Source: Trichinella spiralis (lineage: Eukaryota). From it: a stretch of DNA of 64,000 nucleotides. The stretch spans positions 4,682,479 to 4,746,478 of the forward strand of contig NW_003526944.1 of assembly GCF_000181795.1 (NCBI RefSeq), written 5' to 3'. Of this stretch, positions 53,434 through 64,000 are shown piece by piece. Each line of letters opens with the position of its first letter. Position 1 is the stretch's first letter. The translations under genes were made by a program, and so were the position numbers. Under the pieces are notes generated by a model. It was not told where the DNA came from, did no database searches, and saw nothing but the letters and a program-made list of their open reading frames with translations.

Positions 53434-56400
53434 CTGACACTGGCTCGTCGTTGAATCGGACACTGATCAAATGTACTTTCGATTCCTGTGGCGTGAACGA
53501 TACGCGAAATTTCGCGTTGCCTTCTGCTTGGACATGGTTTGGCAAGTTTCGACCATCAACCGATATGACAATTTCCATATTTCCTGCTCCGGCTTTTCCA
53601 GCGTCAACTGAAGAAGAAAAAAATTTTACAGATGCGAAAAAATGAAAATTAACATATAATGAAACTTGAAAAACGTACTGACAAAATTGGTCGGTTGTCC
53701 GACTACAACAGAACTGTCCAGACCGTACAGTTTCACCTGAGCAGCATCGTACGCTTTAGCAGTGAAAGGTGAACCATGTATATGCTGATTTGCATATTTT
53801 ACTGCAATCCTATGCACACCTGTAATAGTTTTCAAACGTGCACGTGTCAAGTCAGAGGAAAAAACTTTTTAAAGAAAACAATTCACTTACCAACTACAAG
53901 AGGAGTAAAGCTCACTTGACGTGCTCCATTTCCTGGATTATCAACACTGATCGGTAACACATTTCCCGTTGGATCTAAATTACACAAATATAGAGTAATA
54001 AATAAACATATACAATACAAAAGCAAGCTCGTTGAATGAATACCAGTAATGGTCACATCCAAGGGCGGTTCTTCTTTTTCTTCTCCATCTTCTTCCTTTC
54101 CCTCCACTATAAAATGATTCAACTTTCCAACTGCAATTTTATCCAATCCTGATACAGATACACTGCTTTCGGATAATTTGTGAACTTTGCACTGAAATGG
54201 GCTACCTTAAATTAAAAAGATTTTAAAATTCAAACAAAGCCAAAAAAAATTAAACCAATAAATAAATATATCTACCCGGCACATGATCGCCGTTGAATCG
54301 TATGCTAACTGTGTGAACTATTGGTTCAGCCGGTACAAATGAAATGTCGTAACGATGATGGCCCAAATTTTGCGCCATTGAAGGAATGTTTCCTTCGTTG
54401 ACGGCCACTTCCAAATTTCCCACTCCAGCATCACTGGCGTCTACTGAAATAATTATAATATCCGTCCAATTATGTGATGAAGTAAATAAAAGGAGTTTAA
54501 GTTAAAATGAGACGTACCGACAAAATGAACAGCTTTGTTAACTGCTCCGTCGGTCATTGGACTGACAATGATTTTGGCAGGATCGTAAGCCCGAAATGAA
54601 AATGGACTTCCCGAAATTTGACGCCCTCCTGTCTTCAATTCAACTTGATATTCGCCTAAATTATATATGAACACACAAAAATGATCAACTTTTGTCATTA
54701 TTCAATCTGGCAAATCAAATCCTACTCTTACCAACAACACTAGGGACAATCTCCAACACGTAAAGACCCAATTCTTTATTAACAACGTTACAATTGTCCA
54801 ACACTTTACCATCAGGTGCTTGAAAAACAAAAATTAAATTAAATTAAACACTAATCTTCTGATGATCGGTATCAAAAATAAAACTGATCGACAACAATTT
54901 ATTTCTCAAAATCACTCCCCGAGTACCTGTGACAGTTGCTTGCAATTTCAAATCTTGAGTATCCGTTGACACTTGAACCGTCGTTGGTCTGCGTACAGGT
55001 GCCAGCTTTGGCACGGAACTGGAAACAACCGCAGCAAGCAGACTCCTGGCTGCCGTGAGTGTAGCAGGCAGCGGCTGTTGGCGTTGCTCTCCAGTAGGTG
55101 AAGAAGCAGACGAAAGTACAACAACATCGCACGCTTCTTCCATCACGGTGCACATAAATGGACTTCCTGAAATGAAATGCACAAATTCATAGCTCAGACA
55201 TTGATTAATTGAGACATGATTCTTCTTGATTTAATATTTTTTTAAAAAAAAGTTATTTTCACTGAACAAATTCCTACACTACCACACACACACACACGCA
55301 AACGGATTTTCATCCATTGCACTGGTTGGTTAGTTTGTCGAAAAAACAAACAACTACAGCTACTGATATTTTTCAGTGAAGTTTGTTGATCGGTTGGCAA
55401 ACTGAACAAATTGTACCAACTGTTAGCACAAATAGCAAAAGCAAACAGTCACTGATGCAACTGTTGTTAGCTATCATATTCGACAATTAACTTTGAACTG
55501 GTTTCATTGACGACAATCAATTAAACTAATTTATGACAACAATAACAACAACAACAACCAACAATCAACAATGCTATCGAACATGACAATCTCCGGTAGA
55601 AAAGAACAAAGCTCATACAAATAAATATGCAAAAATAATTTTTGATAAATAATAAATCATAATAACACAATCAACAACAACTTATTTACCAGCTACTTTT
55701 TCACCGTTGAATGTGACGTGAATACCGTGAGAACCGGCGCACTGGGGTACAAAGGATACTTTGAAATTGGCATGACCATTCTGGCTCATCACCTTGCTCG
55801 GCACGGTTTGATCTTTTGGATCTTTGATTGCAATTTCCAAATCACCATGACCAGCATGTGTTGCATCAACTGAACCAATAAATAAATGCATAAATTAATC
55901 AATCAGTCAATTAAAATGTATTAATAATAAAACCTGTAAATTGAGCCGGCTCATCAACTGATCCAGCTTCGATGTTGCTGATAATCACTTTGTCCGGATT
56001 GAACACTTTCAAAATGACCGGCGACTGTGGATGAGGTGTGTCGAAAGCGACGAATGATATTTTATGTATGCCTGCAGTATGCAAGAAATGTATGTATATG
56101 TATGCATGTATGTATATGCCAACACATCAACTTGAATAATCAAAATAAAAAAAAGAAAAAAAAAGAAATAATCCACTTACCTACAGTAGTCGGTACAAAT
56201 TTGACCATCACCGCATCGTCTTTTTCTTCAATTGTGACGTCCAATTTTTCAACTTTATTCAAGCCTTTGAAAAGAAAATATTCAAATTTCAAAATGAAGC
56301 AAAAAAACGCAAACAAAAAAATAAAAACTGACGAGTGATGGTGACTTTCAAATTTTGCTTCTCGTCGCCGAATCGAGGAGTGATCCAGTAGTGTGCGGTT

Positions 56401-59400
56401 CTGGTCAGACGTAGTATATTTTGTTCAGGACCGACGATGCGGGTACGATTCCAGCTGACAAAGTCGAGCTTGCTGTGATTGGCTGAGGACAGGAGGTCGA
56501 TTCCGGCGCCGTGGTCGTCCAGAACGTCAAAATCATCTCGGTATGTTAAAACGGACACCAGAGGTTGGGAAGCAAAATTTCGAGGTGGTAAGTGATTGGT
56601 TGGAGAAGCGAATTCAACCGATCCTGCAAGATCCGACTGATCGACAACATCCTGCAAGTTCGACGGCGGACGATCGTAACGAATCACACCGGCATCGACG
56701 ACGTCTGTCGATTTTTTGCAACCGGCAACTTTTGCACCTTCTTCTTGCAGCAACTGAGGCGAAAAAGCAGTATTCACTTTTTCCACGTTATCATCCAACT
56801 GCTTTTGTTGTTGTTGCTGTTGTTGCTGTTCATGCTTCTTTTGATTCTGCATTTCAGAGTCCATTTGTTGATCACGTGTTGTTGTTGTTGTTGTTGTTGT
56901 TGTCGGTTTTGAAATAACACCAATGATCGTCTCGTTATGATAATTTTCACTCTCTTCAACAGAATCTGGCTGTTCAATGTTGCTGTATATTGGTTCGGCT
57001 TTTTCGGTCACTTGTTTGGGCGAAATTGGTTCGCCTGGTACTGTTGCTGTTGTTGATGATGATAATGATGACGAGTATATTCTACCAACGCTGGCAGCAA
57101 TAGCCGGGGAAATAGTTTCGTCGCCTGCTGCTGAATGCTGCTGTTCGTTGGTCGCGGATTTGGTCAGGGTCGGTGAAATCGCCTTGTTCAACGGTGACTT
57201 AAGCTCGTCGTCGAACCGCCGGCACTGGCTAACGACAGCAGCAGCAGCACAACGTTGTTGCTCGTCATCATCACTCCTGACACGACCAACAACAGCAGCA
57301 TGCCGATCTCTTGTATCAACAATATCGACGAATCGCTTGGTCAAATCGCCACCGCTGCTGACCCTTGATGACGACAAGCGGTCACTATCATTATCATCAT
57401 CACCAGATGCCATTGGTCTACCGCCGCCGCCGCCGCTGCTGCTGCTGCTTGTGAAGTAAGTTTCAACTGAACGTTTGACCGTCACGCGGTGATCGTTGTC
57501 CTTTGAAGATTGTCTGGACAAAAATCTCAAATTGCCATTCGTGGTGGAGTCGACAGTTCGTCTCAATTCACTGCTGACCAACGGCGATCTAGCGGCTGTA
57601 GATGCGGAAGTTTGATAGCTGACCAACGGCGACGGTTGGTGAACTTTCGAAACGTGCGGCATCCGATCGGTCGGATGTCGAGAAGCGGTCCAAGCTTGAG
57701 ATGGTAACGGTGGAGGTGGGGGCGGTGGAGGTATTGACGGCGACGTCGAATCGCTGAATTCCACTCGCATTGGGCAGCCTGCAAAAAGCGAACAGAGAGC
57801 ACAGTTGCAGTTGGTTGGTGTTTGCAAAACGCAACAAGCTGTGCAACAAGCAAACAAGCAACGCAAACAAATCCGAAATGCCCGGGTCAACACAACAGTC
57901 GACTTGGAATTGTAAGAGAAAAATAATATAATATAATATAATATAATATAATATAATGCAGTGTAATGTAATGTAATGTAATGCAAAAAAACAACACAAT
58001 ACTCACCCCGAACGGTGTCGCCGTTCAAAGTGACGTCGATCAAGTAGACGCCGGCTGAGTCTGGGATAAAAGTGACCAAACACTGGCCAGGATCTTGCAA
58101 CTGAACACCGTTAGGAACTCGACCTTGGTTGATCGCAATTTCCAACTGCCCCTTTCCCGCTTCTCGGGCGTCGATGACAAATTGCACAGGCTGACCAATC
58201 ACACCGCCGGCGATTGGCTCTATGCGAACGCGGTTCGGATCGTAGACGGACACCAAAAATGGACTCTTGTCCACTGCTTGGCCAGCCAGAGCGATGTCGA
58301 CGCGAACCAAGCCTGGAAAAATAGGAAAAGAAATTTGCATTTTCCACACGTTCCAACAAGTGGTGTCGGTAACTGACCAACTTCTGCTGGGACGTATTCG
58401 CAAAGAAAATGACCAGCTTCAGTTTCGGTCACCAAGCACGGCACTTCGGCTCCGTCCATACCTGCAATGCAATTGAACGCAATTTTTCACTTTGAATAAA
58501 CAAAAAAAGAAAACAGATTAAGATTTGCATATATGTGTAAAGATGGTTTTATTAAAACAACAACAAGCTGCACATACTGATTATTTTGACGAACACGTCG
58601 CGCTTAGTCAACGCCGGGGCGGTCACTTCGAAATTGGCCGTCTTGCCCACGCATGCGGTCTGCAGACCACGACCGTGAATGTCCGCCCAAATGGGCGTTG
58701 TCGCATTTTGACCAGCAGATGTTGTTGTCTGCGCTGTCGAAGAAACTTTCAACTGATCTGCACTTAAACAATTCAAAAGTGAAAAAATTTCGTGAATCAG
58801 AACAATTTGCAAAAAAAATATAATGAACAAAAAATAAAGAAATAAACTAAACAACATCAAATAATAAATAAGTAAATTTTTGCCCACGTCAAAGCGGTCG
58901 CCGGTTGAACAATGGTCCGCACACCGCCGGGACTGGCCAGACAAGCGTATCCAGAAACCACAGCCCCAGTGTTGAGCTGTTCCAAGCTCACGGGCGCCGC
59001 CAACAGCACATTTCCCAACGGCAAACCGAGCGGCGACTGTTGATGCTGATCGACCGGCGCCGGGCGTGCCAAATCCAACACCCAAGGGCTTCCTGCGAAA
59101 GGATAAATAAAAAACAAAAAAAGGGGGATAGTTCGAAATTTTTGGGGAGGGGGTTTTTTTCAAACCTTTAACTGCGGAACCGTTGAACGTCATTTGCACT
59201 ACATGGGCAGTCGGCTGCACGGGAACGAACGTGGCCAAGTAGATTCTCTGTCCCAAATCGCGAACACGACAATGAACCCGACCGTCGTTGATCATAATTT
59301 CCAAATTGCCACTTCCGGCTGTGGATGCGTCGACTAGAAAATCAAAACAGCAATCAGTCAAATGACCACTGACCACGCGCACGTGTAACAAAAGTTTTCG

Positions 59401-62400
59401 CCGCCGGCTAATAGTGAATAGCTAGCAGATCTTTGAATGTGCATCCAATGCGCTTATTAAGCTGTGCTGTCGCTACTCACTGGTGAAAGTGACCGGGCTG
59501 CCCAGTTCGGATTGTTTAATTTGTTTGGGCAAATTGCGCACAGTGACCAATTCTGGATCGCCAACGTCGCAGCTATACGGGCTGCTTTTCACGCTCTGAT
59601 TGTGCACACGCAAGTCGATGTAATGCTTGCCTGAAATGCAATCGTGAAACATGGATGGATAATATTTGCAAAATGTGAAATGAATTATCAAAAAAAAGCA
59701 AAAATTATACATTGAGATAAAAAAATTTTTTTTAATAATTGAACAATCGCTGAGCAGAGAAGAGAGAAAAGCAAGGAAAAAAAAGCAAGCAAGCTGGTCG
59801 AACGAACGCTGTGCAGCCTGAAGCCGCTTTTCGACCAGTTTCAATTGAATAATTTCCACTCAATCAATACTGATTGACCAGTTTGTGAAATATTTTTTCA
59901 ACACCACCACCACTACCAGCAGAACAATGAACAAGATAAAATTTCAAAATTTCTCTTTAAAATGCAATATTGATTGCAAAGGAATAAAATAAACAAACAA
60001 AAATGAATAAATAAATAAATAATTCATATTCATGCAACGTGCTCTTGCAAAATTCTATGTATTATTACAATTAAAGAGAATATAATTACTTTTAATTTAT
60101 GAATATACATCAGTGGAACATTTTAAAAAATAAGAAAAAAAACCCCGATTTTCATATTTTGCTGATTTATAAAAAGAAAAAAACAAAAATGCTTTTAAAG
60201 TATTTACCAGTTTCGACTGGTTTCCACTCTACACGGTAAACATCGTCTTCGTCTCCTGGAAACAGGCGAGCCCGCTTTTTCTTTCCAGAAGGGGCTGCAA
60301 GAAATGAAGCATTAAATAAAAATTGTTCCAAACTCTAAGAAATTATATTATTTTCTCAATTAGCCAACAATAACAACAGTTCACAGTTGTATTGTACAAA
60401 AATACAAATATTCCAGTCCCTTTTAAAATGCAAAATCATAATCAATTTTACAAATACAACATTTTCCAGTTGACATGGTCCACACAATGTACACTTTTCT
60501 CAAATTTCCCACACAAAATTCTAGTGAATATAAAAATCAAACGAGGTTAAGCAATATAATACAAGAAGCAATTGGTCGGTCGATTTTAAATAATGCATCC
60601 GAAAAACTTGCCCCATTTGAAAATATGGAATATTAAAGAAAAAAAATCTTTCTCATATAATTTTCTGCTTGACCTTTCACTCTTTAGCAGGACATTTCAA
60701 TCAGAAAGAAAGAAAGCGGCCGAAGCATTGCATTTGAAAAAATATATATATACGTTTGCAAAAATTTATCAATTTTTATAATTTATGAATATTTTACAAT
60801 ATCACAGTTACAATTTAATTTAAATAATTTGAAAAAAGAAACGATTATACATTATGTTGTTGTTGTTGTTGCTGCTCTGTATACTTTAAATTAAACTCGT
60901 GTTTAAGAACGTTTAAAAATGTTGCTTGCAAAGCAAAGCCGATTGCTCTTCACTTTGTCAATATATATGTATAATTGGATTGGTCACAATTTAAAGATGT
61001 GATCGTCGATGACCTATAATTCAGTATTTACAAACTGAGTGAAGAACGACTGGAATGATACTGGTGCATTATGGTATAAACAGCTTTTGGTGAAGTAATC
61101 AGAAAATTCTATCTAACCCAAGAGGAACGAACATTTTTGACAATCTGACCCTGCGAGCGTTTGATTCGAGCTCAAATGAATATTTATAATTAAAAAAAAC
61201 TGCATACAAAATTGTTCGCACATTTCAAATGCTCGAAATTTCATTTAAACAGAAATGCAAATTTTGCATAGTGACATTCCAAGAATATGCGGTTCTGAAT
61301 ATTTACCAGTAACGACGACGGCAATTTCTTTCGCTTCCACGCTTTCTGCAGCTACGTGAAAAGTGGCCAAATGGCCCACGTTAGCTGTACGCAAACCAGA
61401 GCCGTAAGCTTTCACACTGCTAGCATCGACCACATCCAACAGAAATGGTGAGCCTGAAAAACACATGCCATCAAGCAAGCAAGCAAGCAAACAAACAAAC
61501 AAAAAATACATATCAATAATGAATATCAAAAAGAATACCTTTCAGTGGAATACCGTTGAGAAACACTTGCACACTGTATGAACCGTTTTCTTCGGGTACA
61601 AAACGGGCTACATAATAGCCTCTGTCAATTCTCTCGAACATAACAGGTACGAGCATCCTTTCATGGCATACTTTTACCTGGAAAAAAGTGCTTTTATTAC
61701 TTGAGAACAGAAATTTCAAAGGAAGAAAAAAAGAATTATCAAATACAGTAGCATCTCCAGGACCAGCTTCTTCGGTATTGATCGTGTAACGCACTTCCTG
61801 TCCAATTACGGCAGTCTCAGGGCCAGAAACTTTCGCATTGTTCGGATTGTATACCAAACACGAAAATGGACTTCCCTGAATGTGCACATCTTCATAGGTA
61901 ATGCATACTTTCCATTCGCCTGCATAATTGAATGAAAAGAAATTTACAAAAAAAAGAATCACACAAAAATATCCATAATCTATATACAATTGATACAAAG
62001 CTGCAAACGAACGAATAAAACATGCTACAAATGAATGAATGAATGAATGAATGAATGAACATTACAACTGAACATAAATATTCCAAATTGTGAACAAGCA
62101 AATTAATTGACATTATTATATAAATAATAAAACCACCGAAGGATAAGATATATGATATTTTGATGATAAATAAGAAGATAGAATATCACGACAAGTTGGG
62201 TAAAATTGAGTTGGAAAAGTTTAAATTTAATTCAATTGAACAAACATTTTTCAAATTCTTGTTCAAAAGTCCATCCACTTGTCTCAACTTGTACGTGACA
62301 ATCGTTTACTGTAATGAAAATTAAAACAATCCTTGCATAGGTAGGATGTGGAGAAAGTGGGAAAAGTGACGATAAGAATCATATCATGCTGTAAAACTGG

Positions 62401-63483
62401 CACAACGAAAAGACGATCCCCTTTGAAAATGAATCACCTTTTAAAAATGGGTGTGAATATAAATGAAAAACATTTTCGCTAATTTTTTTAAATTTCTTAT
62501 AAAAAAATAAACAAACAAGTTTTCGAAGAATTTTTGTTTTCGTTGAATTGAATTGTCAGTATTATTTAAAAAACAACAAAACAAACAGTTTTAATTTCAA
62601 AATAAAAAATGGGATTTTAAATTTGGTCAGACAAAGGTTAGGGGGAAAAATAGCTGAAATTAAATGATGATGACGATGATGATGATGCTTACCAATTTCG
62701 TCGGGAACAAATTTCGCTTTGTAAACGTTCGATCGTCTTCGAACAGAACAATCAATTATGCGATCGGTCGGCGAAATTGCTTCGACAAGAATCATCCCTT
62801 CTGTCACATCTTTCGGTGTAATCTGCAAATATGGAAATTAATTGTGCCGTCAAAATATTCGCCAAAATGATAAATTTACCAAAATTTCAACCAAAGATCC
62901 AATAATGCAAGGTTCCGACAAGCCGACGGTGGCCATGTAACGGCCAGGTTGGCCGTCGCCACCACGCCAGCGGTTACTCAACAGACTCATCTGTACTGTT
63001 TCGTTTCAAAAGTACAGAAAGTCAGTCAATGAAGGGGAAAGATGAAAAAATTATCCGGTTGAAGCCAATAAATTTTTATGCCTTAAGCACAAAAGCAGTG
63101 GCTACTTTGGGATAATCAACAATTTTACGCCGTCAGTGTTGTTATTGTGCCCATTTATTCGACATCAGCGGGCGAGAAAATTGCAGCACTTGTTTGTTGA
63201 TGTGCTGAAAACTGAAGAGGGCAACAACAGCTTGAACAGAAAAAAAGCAAATAAATAAACAAATAAACAAACAAACAAAATTTGAATTTTGAAAATTACA
63301 CGACTCGAACGAGAACGAGATTTTGGAGAAATGTGAACTGCTTTGGCTGTTCTCTTCTTCTAGTCACTTTTGGAAAGCAATTACCGTAACCGTAGTCGAA
63401 AACAGGTTGCGACGGTTGATTGGTTGGACAGGTGAACGTAGCAGTTGATCCAATCGGAAAATTTCAAACCGTCCTGCCTGCAT
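53434..63483 (-). CDS. Filamin-like protein with many Ig-filamin repeats, 3' end lost at the gap; exons 63483-63385 (tentative), 62990-62880, 62822-62693, 61919-61747, 61677-61539, 61453-61307, 60294-60208, 59630-59481, 59333-59166, 59092-58888, 58762-58578, 58461-58378, 58312-58007, 57778-56333, 56264-56181, 56071-55934, 55869-55690, 55166-54927, 54818-54732, 54655-54518, 54443-54276, 54205-54044, 53974-53891, 53819-53679, 53607-53434
   Basis: Repeated filamin motifs (GSPF...YDP..V, VDA..AG.G.LEI, F.P...G.H.I.V.FNG) across phase-compatible GT-AG exons. No CH actin-binding domain is visible in the window. Confidence 0.9.
57921..57984. repeat. (ATAAT)n/(ATGTA)n pentamer repeats inside a filamin intron
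   Basis: aataatatataatataatata...gtaatgtaatgtaatgtaatg. Confidence 0.8.
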
Positions 63484-64000
63484 CAACGGGCTGGAACAGA
63501 ATTTCCAAAATTGTCAATGGTCACTCTCGTTGACCTTGCAACTGGCACCTCCTAGCCTGTATGCAACATATTTGCAATGTATGCAAAACGTCCTTCCGTC
63601 CATTGCAGCGGCTCTTCAAGGACAACAACAAACCAACACGAGAAGCAAATTACTGAATATTACATTACCAAAATGTGTTGTTTTTTTCGTATTTTTTGCT
63701 TTTGCTAATATTTTTTTATTATACCACTGGTAACGGAAATCGAAATTGATGAAACAAGCATTTTCCAATACCAAGCAAGTATTTTTCTATGATAATCGAA
63801 AAAAAGAATATTTGAACTATCGTACACTTATTAAAAACACAACTCTCATATAAGACGTATATTTACAAAAATAAAAGAAAATTGCATGCAATAAAAAACT
63901 TTAACCCAATACAAATGCTAATCATTTTTTAAGATTAGATTTAGTCCAATTCTTCGGCTAGCAACTTGACATGCCACGCCTCAGTCTGTCTGGGTTCAAG

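Noticed and set aside
56289..58403. 704-aa ORF as a standalone gene
   Set aside because: It is two filamin exons plus read-through introns.

Overview
AT-rich eukaryotic genomic DNA with short GT-AG introns. The cuticle collagen and a decayed MULE transposase point to a nematode, most likely Trichinella (inference). Three 10-N gaps (6045-6054, 35209-35218, 53332-53341) mark a draft assembly. Gene order: PTPDC1-like phosphatase (+), then a ~2.9 kb near-identical duplication across a gap (probably an assembly artefact). Next is a cluster of four minus-strand tandem CCCH zinc-finger (TIS11/ZFP36-like) genes, three of them in a ~3.4-3.6 kb tandem array. Then come farnesyltransferase beta (+), a cuticle collagen (-), an intronless multi-pass membrane protein (-) overlapped by a second full-length open frame, a FUN14/FUNDC gene (+), an intronless DHRS7B-like SDR (+), a MULE relic and a gap-truncated class A GPCR (-). 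A ~17 kb stretch with no recognisable coding sequence follows, then a large filamin-like gene (-). Most interesting: the young, mosaic CCCH RNA-binding-protein array (short inter-finger linker, divergent finger 1, one copy missing a splice donor) and the possible dual-coding locus at 29.1-30.0 kb. Exon coordinates were read by eye and family calls come from recalled motifs, not database searches.
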